A stretch of 64,000 bases of DNA from positions 60,576,001-60,640,000 of the forward strand of contig NC_045696.1 of the NCBI RefSeq assembly GCF_009834535.1. Direction: 5' to 3'. A program made the position numbers and the translations under genes. Source of the stretch: Camelus ferus (lineage: Eukaryota). Every line of letters starts with the position of its first letter. Position 1 is the stretch's first letter. This document shows, in pieces, positions 9,084 through 23,257 of the stretch. The notes under the pieces are model-generated. The model made no database searches, was not told the origin of the DNA, and saw only the letters and a list, made by a program, of their open reading frames with translations.

Positions 9084-12000
9084 CTTTAAAAACAAACAAA
9101 CAAAAACCAAAAAAACTTTAAAATGTGACTTTGGAAGGATTCTGGAAGCCAGTATTTGGCTTACTGGTATGGTATGTTAAGTTTTGCATTTTGGAATAAT
9201 TAACAAGTCCAGCAAATATGACACTATTTCTGGCAATAGCTAATATAAGTGAATGTCAAATACTTTTGAAAAAAGTAATAGAATCATTTGTATGAGTCTA
9301 TCTTCAAAACAGAGAAAGAACTCCTACAACTTCTTTTTGAAAAACTTGAGTTTTCAGGTTCCTAACTAACTTATTTACTCATATGACATATTCATATTTT
9401 CTCTATAAACCAAATTTTATAATATTTGAAACCAAAGAAAGAACCTTATTATCCTAACAAATACAAAGTAATGTATTATTAGTTTATTAGTCTAATAACT
9501 AATGTTTTGACAAAAACCAATTAAGTACTAAATTATCAACTCCCTCTCAATGGTTTTGGCAGATTAATTAGCAAAAAACTAATATGCTATAATATACCTA
9601 ATATGTTTAAACAAGAATGCATGTTTGTGAAATGTAACAGTAAAATCTAAGGAAGTGGTAGAAATAAAGGTATGTTTTCAATAAACAAGACATATATTCT
9701 CCAATACCTGCTAATTTATGAAGAATACTTTCTTTAATACTTAAACATTAGTCAATATTTTTCAAGGTTTCAAACAATAGAAAAAAAAATCAGTAATCTT
9801 TTTAGCTTTTTTCCTCCCTGATGGAATACAAAAAGAAAAAGAAACAAACCCTACAAAAATCCTTTAAAATGTCTCAGATTGCCTGGATAAAGTAGTATCT
9901 AATGGAGTATTCATTGCTAGAAAGGATAACATAGATCTTACGTGCACTGTCCCAGTAAGATGTCCACAGGACAGCAAATGAAAAAAAAACAAAACTACAC
10001 ACTAGCATATATGATGCAATCCTGTTTTTATGAGAAAAAGGAAAGTGTTTATTTTCTAAATAATTGTATTTGTACAAATAAGTCTGAAAAGATACACATG
10101 AAACTGTAACAGTAATGAGTTTTCAAAAAGGGATCTGGGGGAAGAGGGGGAGAATTTTTATTTAATATGCTTCTGGCTTATTTGAATTTTCTGCAATGAG
10201 CATGTATGTTATTTTTATGGTAATTAACTTTTTTAATTTAAAAAGATAAAAATAGCTTGAAATATATAAATACCCATATGCTGATGCTAATCTTGACTTC
10301 TCATAATTTTAAGTTTCTAAAGGGATAGACTGGGAGTTCGAAATTTGTAGATACTAACAGGCATATGTAGAATAGATGAACAAGATTATACTGTATAGCA
10401 CAGGGAAATATATACAGGATCTTGTGGTAGCTCATAGCGAAAAAGAATGTGACAATGAATATAGGTATGTTCATGTATAACTGAAAAATTGTGCTCTACA
10501 CTGGAAATTGACACAACATTGTAAAATGACTATAACTCAAAAAAAAAAAAGTAAGAAAAAAAAACAATAAAAAGAAAAAAGCACCATAGATTCTCAAATA
10601 TAAAAATCTATTCCACTTAGGGAAGAAAATAAAACATGATGAAACATTATAGGACTATTCTCAAGAAATAAGGTGAACATACACCCTTATTAATCTCATG
10701 TGAGTAAACTCTTGCTTACTACAGTTATCATCTGAGGATACATGAGTAGATGCACAAGACATCCAACAATATGTTCAAACATGCCTACAGTAATATCTTT
10801 TTTATTCAGAGATTAATTTCTAGCATCCTAAACCATCTCACCCTAAGCAAAGTAGGGGGAAAAGTCCTGCGAGCCATTATATAAAGTCTACGTTCTACTT
10901 TGGAAAAGAAGCAAATGGGAGATCACAGGAGCTTGTTAATGAGAATTTTATAGGAATAAAATAAAACAAAACCAACTTTACAAACCTTTGTTTTCTGATC
11001 TTTCAGACCACCTGAGACTTAAAAAGGCAGATTAGAAAGAAGACTGTAAACAGGAAGAAGCAGAAGAGCTGACAGGACGACAGCAGCAGAGACAAAAACA
11101 CCCCAAACTTCAGGACATGCAACCATTTTCAGGACATTCAGCATTTGCAGGTTGACCAGATCTAAGTGACACAAAGATCTACAACACCAAGTAACTTACA
11201 ATTTCACTGAGGCATACGATAAATCTGGCCCACTGACTAGTGTGTGAGTCTGATATTTCTATCTCAAAATAGCTTTGTTCTTTACAGTTACTACTGCTGG
11301 TCAAAAAGGGCTGAGAAAGTGATGGTTCTGAGCCAGAAAGTACACATTTTGGATAAATTAAGGCTTAAGAATGTTTATATGAATGTCATTTTTCCCTCTA
11401 AGAATGTCTTCATAAATACAGTAATCCATCTTACTATATGATTTACCGAGATAACATGTTAAATGGCTCAATAAATTGTGAAGTGTTAGACAAATGTAAA
11501 GGACTGGTATTGACTGGTGGTCACAACTGGATCTTGGGTTATAAAAAAGAAGTTAATATTACATATTTTGTTCTTATAACACCATTTTAGAATGATTTCC
11601 AGCATTGCCAAAATATTTATTTTAAACAGAATAAGCTTCAATGTTTGTATCTTATACCAGATATCAGCTACATAAAGGATCTACTCTGACAGAAAAACAT
11701 GTTATAACCACATTTTCCCAAAATAATGGTTAAACTATTTTCCAATCAAAGTATACATTACTGTCAGGAATGGTATTTTACTGCTCTGTCCAAGAACATC
11801 ATATAAACAAAGTAATGCTGTTAGTACATATTTTCAAATACAAGTTATAAATGGGGCATACAAATTTGGAACTTTGGATAAGTGGAGACTCAGTAACAGA
11901 TAATTTGGTTATGACACTTCTTTCAAAACTAAGTAGAAAAATTGGGAAACATTCTGAAAGAGGAGAGGAATGGGTTTTAAAAATGCAAACAATGAATACT

Positions 12001-15000
12001 CTGGTCCAAATAAGAGAAATTGGTTTTAAGAAATTCGTAGGCATCTGTGAATATACGTGTACCTTCACTAAAACCAAAACCTACCTTTTTGCACATACTG
12101 ATCTGCATGACTGCATAGCTTATGAGGGCCTCCTTTAAATCACGGTTCTTTTGTTCTTTGAAGCGTTCAATATCAGCCCAAGCATTTTTGACAAATTCTC
12201 TAAAATAAAAAGGTAAAGTCATTATTATTCTTACTTAGATTAAGTAAACTATATATTATAAACTCAAATCACCACTTCTCATTTAAGTTGGGTTTTTACT
12301 TGTCAACATAGAACGAAAAGCTATTACTTGTATAAGATAATTCTATTTTTCTCTTCCTAAAAATTATAGTGGGGAAAAAAAAGCAGACAATCATATATAT
12401 TTCTACATTTTAATAATCTCTATTTTTGCCACAAGAATTCCAGCTTCAGATTATTCCCATAAAACAGATGTGAATGGCTCTGTGAAGCAGCTCACAGCCT
12501 AAGAGATACCATATGAATCTGCCTTCCTCGGGTCACTGGAAAACATGTATTCTTTTCCACAAGATGGATTATGTATCACATTTATCATGGACTTGCTTTA
12601 AATGACAACTAGAGTTATAAAAATTCTGAGAGACATTTGTCTTTTTAACTCTATTCATGAAAGTTTATTTTGACTTACTTGATGCCTGCAGTTCTAAAAA
12701 TTAACAAAACCACCTCCAAATCAATGACACACTCTTGGTCTGCCTTGGTCTACCCAATGACTGTCAGATGAAAACAACAAAAAGAAAAATGAGCCCAACA
12801 GTCACGGCAGATCTTTGAGAACTGAATTTCCAGAAATATACATTCCAAGCCCTATGCCAGGTGTTGGGACATAAAGATGAAAAATGACACACTCACTGAC
12901 TTTGAAGGGCTTGTAATGTAGCCCAGGACAGCCAGACCATACAACCAACCACTCAGTACAGAAGTGCCATGCTACAGGGGCACGAAGCGCTATGAAAGCC
13001 TGTGCAGAGAAGAGGAGGCTTCCCAAGGGAAGTAACAAAAGAGCCGGGCACTGAAGAATGATCAGGCTTTTAACGCACAAAAAGAAAGGGCAGAGGGAAT
13101 GTGCAAAGGATAGAAATCATGAAAAGTGCAGGAGAATAATATTATGAAGCTCAAAGCTTTCTTCTTCCTCTTTCTCCCACCCTAAAACAATTGTTTCTAT
13201 ATAACATGAGTTTTGACTAAAATTTCTTAGGAATCCAATCACTGCATTTCGGAAGACTAGGCTATATCCAGGGATGCTGAAGAAGCTGGGAATGGTCATA
13301 AACAATCTGCCACATAGCCTCCATGTCTAACTTTGTTAAACATCTCAGCATTTTTACCTGCCTTCCAGATTTTTAGACTTAAGCTGTTGTTCTCCTTCAC
13401 TTATTTGATCTTCTAGCACCTTTATTCTGGCTTCTCTCTGCTCTGGAGTTTCTTGACCAAAGAGCTTGGTAGTCATTCCCTTCAAAGAAAATGTTCTCAC
13501 GGTCTAAAATGAAATAGAAACAGATAAACAACATACATAAACTGATGTATTATTCAGCCTTAAAAAGGAAGGAAATTCTGACACATGCTATGCCACAGAT
13601 GAATCTTGAGGACATTATGCTAAATGAAATAAGCCAGTCACAAAAGGACAAATACTGCATGAGTCTACCTATATGAGGTATCCAGAGTAGTGAAGTTCAC
13701 AGAGACAGAATGATGGCTGCTAGGGGCTGGGTGGAGAGGGAAACTAATAGCTGATAAAAATTTAATACATACAGAGTTTCAGTTTTGCAAGATGAAAAGA
13801 GTTCTGCAGGTTGGTTGCACAACAACGTAAATGTACCTACTACTGCTGAACTTTACTATTAAAAATGGTTAAGATGATGAATTTTATGTACTATACATTT
13901 TACCACAACTGAAAAATTTTTTTAAAAAGGGAAATAGAAACTTTAGCCATCTCTCTGCTAGCTCAAACAGAAGCACCATAAGCCTTACAACCAGGGGGCT
14001 ACTAATACAATTTCTAAGACTGGAAAATATGGAAGAGTCAAAAAGGGAAAAGTTCTGAGTTTTTTCATCACATGGAAAACTTCCATGGTGAAGTACAGGC
14101 AAGTTATTTCTTTATGTTAGTAGTCATACTCTTAAAAATTACTCTGACATAAAAAAGATAAAATTCAACAAGTAACAATGGAAATAAACCAAAGTAAAGA
14201 AACTTAAAAACCTGCAAAACTCACACTGAAACTTGGGTATCTATTGATAAAACAAGATGTCTAAACCCAAGCCTTAAGCTTCACTGCTTTAACATTTCCT
14301 CATTCTCTGTAGTTTACTGAGGGAAACACTTTACCCTTCACGTGTAGGAGTAGAGAACCAAGTTCCCTGTTTCATGGTCAAAGATCTTTTCCCACCTATA
14401 TCTATAACTTTTCATACACATCGCAGGTGGGTAGCCCAACAGCACTTTTAAAAGTACAGTACTTGTTGATTATGAAATGACTTATAAATGGTGGCAACTG
14501 TCACTGCTTCATTATTTCCATATTATGTGTGCTCACCATGACAGCTACTTTACTCCAATGGAATAGCTGGACAGTAGAAAGCTGATTATAAAAATGACCT
14601 AAGTCTAATACAATAAATATGGAATTTTCTTCACAATTACTCACTGTAAGCATTCAATTGAGAGTAAAGTACACAGGCTGCCTCTCTTGCCTTCTGAGAC
14701 TGCCTCTGTCTATGGATATGTATTTCTGTGAATAAAAATCCAACCCCCTCCACCACCAAAAAAAAAAGTAAAGTACAGAAAAAGCTCCTTGTTAGAAGAG
14801 AGGCACTGATTCTAACAGGGAAAAGCTTTTCAAAGTTAACTAAGATTTCTATAATATACCTGGTAAAATTAAACCTGACCAAAGATCATTATTTCAATCC
14901 TAAAAAATAGTGTTTTCTCACTAGGACTTAATCAGAAAATGAAATGACTCTTCAGAGTAATATTAGCAAAATTTCTTATAATACTATGTATGTTTTAATG

Positions 15001-18000
15001 GCTTAACATTTTTTTTTTCAAGATCACAACCAAAAGAATTATGAAGCCGCCTACAAATCATTCCCCTGTAAAAGCTACAGCATCCTGCAGCCCACTCCAT
15101 TTAAGGTCTGCTATAATAACACCAGAGACCTAAGTGGAAGCACACTCACCCCAGTTGCCAGTTCCTCACACTGCTGTTTCTTGGATGCTAGGTCCTGAGC
15201 AGCCATCTCCAAGTCATATTGCATAAGTTCATGTTTCCGGCACACAGCCCTGAAAAAAAAGTGCTGCCATTTAATTTTTGTGGTTTCTCTATTAACATGT
15301 TAATTTGGGGGGGGAGGGAGGAAGGGGAGGCATTCACAATGTCTTACTATGGTCAGAACTTGTATACTCAGGATTTTCAAGTTTAAAATGTAGTAGCCCA
15401 ACATTAAAAATTTAATCTGGCAGAACCTAAGCATAAAAACTTTATATATACTTAAAACAATAAAGGTTGTTTGCAAGGGCAGAGTATAGCTCAGTAGTAG
15501 AGTGTGTGCTTAGCACGCACAAGGTCCTGGGTTCGTTCAATCCCCTACACCTTCATTAAAAAAAATTTTTTAAAGGTTGTTTTCTAGACACTTGCAACAT
15601 TTTTTTCAATAAAAATACCATTATCACATACATTGAAAAAATTCTTTTCTATAATATAGGAACTAATGCTATAATCTCAAATAACTGAGTACTGTTTTAA
15701 AAGATATTACCTCAAAGCTTTCTTCTTTTTTATTTAGAAATGTCTATTAGTTTTTAGCATCATAAAAGTAACTCATGCTCACTGGAAAAAAAAAAAGACT
15801 CTAATACAGGAATGCACAAAATAAAAGTTTCAAGAACCCTCTTTTTTCTCCCAGTCCCACTGTCTAGATATAATTCATGTTAATAGACGGTGTATATCCT
15901 TCCAGACTTTAGCTAGGCACTCACAAATATACATATCCACACCTCTCCCCCACTGATTCTACACCTTTTCTTTCTTAACTATATACCACAGACATGTTTC
16001 TGTATCTGTACACATTAATCTTTTCTACAAGTTTTAAGAGCAACAGAGAATTCCACTGTGTTCAGCAACTTTCTTTACTTGGTAACTTGAAAATACCTTG
16101 ATGTAACTTCTTACTACTCAAAGCTCCAGAAGGAAAAAGGCTAACAATGTGATGTTTTCATATCAGCTACTGAACAGCTAAAGGAATACTGCTCCTCTGT
16201 TTTACTAACAGAATTTTTAAAATAATTTAAAAAGTGACAGGAAAATGATTCATTTTTCCAATCTGGACTAATCTCCCAGAGAATTCTGTTTGGTTTTGCA
16301 GGAGATACCATAAAAACAGAAGACACCATATGGTGGTTCTATTTTTAGGTTTTTGAGAAACCTCCATATATACTGTTTTCCACAGTGGCTGCACCAAATT
16401 ACATTCCCACCAACAGTGTACAAGGGTTCCCTTTTCCCCACATCCTTGCCAACATTTGTTATTTGTGTTCTTTTTGATTATGGCCATTCTGACAGGTGTG
16501 AGATGATGTCTCATTGTAATTCTGATTTGCATTTCCCTGATATTAGTGATACTGAGCAAATTTTCATGTTCCTGTTGGCCATCTGCATTTCCTCTTTTGG
16601 AAAAATGTCTGTTCAGTTCTTCTACCCTTATTTTACATAGGTTGGCTGCTTGTTTGCTTTTTAATTGAAGTACAGTTGATTTAAAATATTGTATTAGTTT
16701 CTGGTGTACAGCATGAATGGACTTGGAGAGCATTACGCTAAGTGAAGTAAGTCAGACAGAGAAAGACAAGTACTGTAAGGTATCACTTACATGTGGAATC
16801 TAAAAAAACACAATAAACTAGTGACTATAACAGAAAAGAAAAGAAACACTCACAGATGTAGAGAAGGAACCAGTGGTTACCAGTGGGGAGAGGGAAGTGG
16901 GAGGGACAAGATGAAGGTGGAGGATTAAGAGACACAAACTATCAGGTATAAAATAAGCTACAAGGATGTACTGCACAGCATGGGGAATACAGCCAACATT
17001 TTATAATAATTACAAATGGATTATAACCTTTAAAAATTTGTGAATCACTATATTGTATACCTGTAACATAATATTGTACATCAACTATATTTCAATTTAA
17101 AAAATATATTGTGATATAAATATATAAATAAATTTAAAATGGAAAAAACTTAAAACACATACACATACACACAAAAACAGAAGACAAAGTCCTGATATTA
17201 AGAAGTTTTACAACCTCACTAAGGAGATAAAATATGGAGGTACGGGAAAAATTACAGAATTTAAATAATATACAACCTAGTGACAGAGCATACTACCCAC
17301 ACTCAATCTGTACTTTGCTTCCAATCTTCAAGATGGAAAAAGTAAAAGAACAATCTACAGACAGACCCGATTAACAGGTTTTATCAATGTGCTTCAAACA
17401 CAGGGTTCTTCTTAAATTTCTATCTCTAGCACTTTTCAATACACAGGGACACAATGAGACCTCATTCAACATCTGGAGGAATGAACTCATTTAAAAATCA
17501 CCTTACTATCTTTATTTTAGAGCAGCATATGAAGGGAGTGGTGACCAGCCACAGGGCTGCGTCTGAGACATTCATTATACTTACCGCAGTGCTTCTGCAT
17601 AAAAAAGATACTCCTTTAACTGATCTGCATAATGTTCTTCATCTTCCAAAATATCATCAATAGAAGATGCATACCTGTTTAAAAAGAAACATTGCATAGA
17701 GTAACTTTTAGCAGGACACAAGTATCAATGTTCTAAAGAAGGGCTATTCAAAGCTGGTCCGCAGATCACTTGCTGCTCATCAGTGACAAAAGTACATGAA
17801 GTATAAATAAGCATTTAGAAACATTTTACAGCAGTTTTTTTTTTTGAAGTATAGTTGATTAATGATATTGTGTTAGGTTCTGTATACAGGTATACAGTAA
17901 AGTAAGTGATTCAGTTATACATACACGTGACTTTTTCAGATTATTTTCCATTATAGGTTATTACAAGATACTGAATGTAACTCCCTGTGCTAAATAGTAA

Positions 18001-21000
18001 ACCTTTGCTGCTTATCTACTTTATGTATAGTAATTTGTATGTTAATCCCATACTCCTAATTTTTACTCCCCCATAGCAATTTTTAATTATCATGACAGTT
18101 TTATTGAATTTTACCAAAATATTTTGATCAGCAAGGGCTTGTAAATTAAAAAAATGAAACAAACAAAAAATGGTCCTTCTTAAGGTATCTTAAGAAGCAC
18201 TCTAATATCTTCTGTTCAAAGATATTACAAAAAGGGCTACAAAATCCGTAGAAAGAATAATGAAATAAACTTTAAATCAGCTTACCAATTTCTATAAAAA
18301 AGTCACTGGAGTGACTGGGATTGCGATTCATACTGACACTACTAAGTCTTCCAATCCATGCACATGGTTTATTTCACCATTTATTTAGGCCTTTACTTTC
18401 TCCCAGCCATGCTTATATATAGTTTTCAGTGTAGAGTAATTTAATTCCATTAAATTAATCTGTAAGTATTCTGTTTTGATGTTATTATAAACAGCACTGT
18501 TTTTAAGTTTTTATTTTCCAATTGTTGCTAGTATATAAAACAATTAATTTTTTATACATTGATTTATTATGTATCATGCACCCTTATTAAATTTAGTTAT
18601 TAGTTCTATAACATTTTTGGTTAATTCTTTATGGATTTCTATGTAAAAGATCCTGTTAACTGCAAATAAAAACAGTTTTACTTCTTTCCTTCTAAGACGT
18701 ATGCCTCTGATTTTCTTGCATCACTGTACTGACCAGGACTTCTAGTACCACGTTTAATAGAAGTGGTGGGAGCAAAAAACCTCGCCTTGTTCCTGATTTT
18801 ACGAGAAAGCATCAATATTTCACTGTTAAGTATGATATTAGCTATAAGTTTTAGACTGAGGAAATTCTTTATATTCCTAGTTTGATGAGAATTTTACTGT
18901 GACTGGATGTTGAAATGCTTTTTCTACATGTATTGAAATGAACATACTGGTTTTCTTCTTTATTCTGCTAATACGTGGACTGGACTGATTGATTTTTCAA
19001 CGTTAAACTAACCTTGCATCCCCTGAGATAAACTTCTTTAAGTCTAATCTGTATACACAGAGCACAATATAAATGCCAGCAAACTGTATAAAAAGAGAAG
19101 AACAGAAGAATCACTAACATTGCACCACTAAATGTCACCTCAGGTTTTGCCTTCAACTCCCTAGGTACTTACACATCCATATGATGACCAGCACTCTGCA
19201 ATCCATCACCCATTTCTTTTTCTATGGCACTCCACTCACTAAGAAGAAAAAGACAAAACCAAAAACATCATGAAATAGATATGGAATATTATTAAATGTA
19301 AAATCTTTTACAAGGTTTTATTTCTAGCTAGCTTTTCAACAACGTACAGATCTATGTTTGCATTTATTTTCTCTGACTCAAAAGTTTATATCTGCTGCTG
19401 CTAAGAGCAAGGTAAGGATCATACAAAACAGCTTCTGCTTACAGACAACCTTCTCAGCTAGGGTGTGTATTTAAACCAACTATGGAGCTTTTAGAAACTA
19501 CGGATGCTGACCCTGCTCTTGATCTACCTAATCACAATCTCTGGGATAGAGCTGAGGAATGTATATTTCCCACCACCACATGGATGATTCTGATAAACAC
19601 ACTTGATTACGTGACACTATTTTAACAGAAAAAGACATCTGTACAGAAACATGAAGTGCATCATAAAATTCAATAATTTGCACAAAAGTTGCATGAGAAA
19701 GTCTACTAGAACCACAGATCATTTTATTTATTGTCATTTTTGTAAAATGCTTGAAATAAAAATTCCTTTTTATGGAAGATGTATATGTGTATTCTAATAG
19801 AAATGGGGAAAATAAACCAATAATCCTAAATACTAACAGATGACAAATTTGATGTTTCCTTTCTATTTACTCATTTTAATGTAGCTGAAAACATGTAGTA
19901 TATGCAAACAAGACTAAAAACTAGTTCAAGAAAGGTAGGACTTACACTTAATTATCTATATATTCCCATCAAGTAGTTTAATGCCTGATAAATTCTTGGC
20001 ATTTATAGGCTATAGGAAAATCAAAGAATGAACCAATAACTAATAAATGGGAAAAGGGAAATGTACTGGGTTCTACGCAACAGCCACTACTAGGCACAAG
20101 ACCTTTCCCCTCAAGATATATATATAGATAGCTCTCTACTACTCAAATTGTGGTCCGTGAACAGTACCACCTGGAACTCGTTAGAAATACAGATCTACTG
20201 ACTCAGAATATTAATTATAACAGTTCTCCAGATGACTTGAATGCCCATCACAATTTAAGAAGCACTAGCTAAACGAAAGGTTCTAACTGGGGTCCAGGGA
20301 TATGTCTAGGACTGGAAATAGAAAATGGTAACCAGTTTAGTGGGGAAGAGCAGGAATCCATTAACAAGTAAATACTAAAGTGTAGAAGGATTTAGCATCA
20401 ACTTTGTAAGAGGCATAATTGCTTTCATGAAGTACTTAATGGATGGTGTAACTGTCACAGATGAACCAGATCAAACAGGGTAATGGATCTTTTGTAGCAT
20501 CTGATGAAGACTTTGGACCTTTTCCCTAAGGAGGGAAAAATCACAAACAAAAAATTCTGCATATAATTTCAGAGACTTCATGGATTAAAGATCTAAATGT
20601 AAGACAGGAAACATAAAACTCTTTGAAGAAAAGATAAGCAGAACACTCTTTGACATAAATTATAGCAATATTTTTTTGGATCTGTCTCCTAAGGCAAAGG
20701 AGACAAAGCAAAAATAAACAAATTGGACCTAATTCAACTTAAAAGCTTTTGCACAGCAAAGGAAACCATCAACAAAATGAAAAGACAACATACTCAAATG
20801 ATATGACTGATAATATCCAAAATATATAGACAGCTCATACAACTCAACATCGAAAAAAAAAACATGATTAAAAAATGGACAGAAGACCTGGAGAGATGCT
20901 TTTCTAAAAAAGACATATACAATGCTCAACATCACTAATGATCAGAGAAATGCAAATCAAAACCACAATGAGCTATTGCCTCACACCTGTTAGATGGCTA

Positions 21001-23216
21001 TTATCAAAAGAACACAAATAACAAATGTTGGTGAGGATGTAGAGAAAAAGGAAGGTGGGAAGGTAAATTGGTACAGCCACTGTGGAAAACAGTATGGAGG
21101 TCCATCAAAAAAAACCCAAAATAGAACTACCATATGATCCAGCAATTCCACTCCTGGATATTTATCTGAAGAAAATGAAAATATTAATTCGAAAAGATAC
21201 AAGCACCCAAATGTTCACAGCATTATTTACAATAGCCAAGATATGGAAGCAACCTAAGTGTCCATTAACAGACGAATGGATAAAGAAGTGTGGTATATAT
21301 ACACAATGGAGTATTACTCAGCTATAAAAAAAGAACGAAAATTTTGCTATCTGCAACAACACGGATGGACCTACAGGGTATTATGTTTAGTGAAATAAGT
21401 TAGACAAATACTGTATGTTATCACATATATGTGGAATCTAAAAAATAAAGCCAACTAGTGAATGTAACAAAAACAAACAGATTCACAGACATAGAGAACA
21501 AGCGGCTACCTGTACGGAGAAGGAAGGGGGAGGGGTAAGATGGGGTAGGAAATTAGGAGATACAAACTACTATGTATAAAATAAACAAGCTACAAGGATA
21601 TATTGTATAGCACAGGGATATAGCAAATATTTTATAATAGCTATAAATAATTTCAGAGACTTCAGAGAATCTGAAGTCTATCCTTACCCCATAGATTAAG
21701 GAATCTGAACTATAAAAAATTACCAAGGTCACTCCTGCTGTAGTATTTTACAATTCTATTAAGAAGGAAAGAAAAAAACTCCAAGAATGTCCAAGTGTTG
21801 AGATTTTGGAAAGGAATGAAAAACATTACAAGAAAAATAAGAGGTTTAGAGCTAAATTTAGTCACTTAATCTGGTGTTCATCAGGGATAGAGGCATGGGA
21901 GGGAAAGTCTCCAGCTGCAACCAGGTCTGTACTAGTAAGTTTTATTTGTTTATACTTCTGTGTAAGATGATATTTAAACAAAATTCAATGTTAAAAAAAG
22001 GTTTGGAAATCACTCTTTCCATTTTACCCCACAACTGAATAGATATTTAAAAAAAAAAGACAAAAACACAAATTTCCCCTGTATAGCACAAGGAACTATA
22101 TTCAATATCTTATAATAATCTTTAATGAAAAAGAATATGTGTATATGTATGCATGACTGGGACATGCTGTATACCAGAAACTGACACATTGTAACTGAGT
22201 ATATACTTCAATAAAAAAAATTTTTTTTAATTTAAAAAAATAATAAAAGTTTAAAATGGAAAACAAACAAACAGAAACCTCAATTAAGTAGAGCTGGAAG
22301 ACCAACTGTTGGAAGGGGTAGCTCTCATGCCCTGTGTCCACAGTGGACCCCAAAAGGAAGAAGAAAGACTTCTTTTCTGGCAAGGACTCAGCCAATGAAA
22401 AGCCATGGACTCTTTGTTTACTATAGCCCTCCCAAGTCCTTTTCCTCTCTATAAAAGCATTCTCCTCCTTTGCCCTGCAGGAACTTGCACGTGGCTTGCT
22501 GTGGTTATACCCCCAAAATTGCAATTCTCTGCTGATTCTGAATAAACCCATCTTTGCTGGAGAAATATCTGGTAGTCTATTTGTTTCAGATCAACAGTGT
22601 TTGGTCCAATTCTTGACAGGTAGATCTTAAAAGTTCCCGAAACTAGTGAAAATATAGACAAGACCTGTAAGAACCTACGTGGGATGACCCTTTGGCCTAT
22701 CCTAAATCGGATCAGGTGCTGTAATACAGGAGGAAGCTGCAAAAAGTTTAGGAACTCATGAGCACAAAATGAACTCCTGTATTTAAAAAAAAAAAAAAAG
22801 TAACAGCAATGTGTAACATGAACATATTACAACAGGGAATCTTCCCTGTTTCTTCTCTGTGCATCTAATTCCTGCTCATTTCTTACCTATATCAAAGTTT
22901 ATGTCTTGTCATCTGTCCTTCCCCCTTTGACAGTCCTCTCCAACTCATAGCTCAATCTTTTTTCTTAGTCTATTCTTTCACTCCAATCTCTAATTTAGCA
23001 ATAAGGCATAATTTTACAAAATTGCTTGATATATATTGAAAACATTTAAATTAAGAAACAAAGCAGATGAAATTAGCTTTGTATTTTTTCTCTCAAATTT
23101 CAAATCAAAAAATAGAAACAGACTTCTTTCCAATTATGTGATTCTCAACTTCTGAATATTTTCATGACTCCTATGGTCAGTGTAATGACACAATGAAAAA
23201 ATTAAAAAGAAAAGAT

Positions 23217-23257
<41 letters not shown>

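Noticed and set aside
16227..16733. 168-aa ORF, plus ORFs at 21082, 40589, 51459 and 51771
   Set aside because: Fragments of L1 ORF2 or its antisense strand, not host genes.
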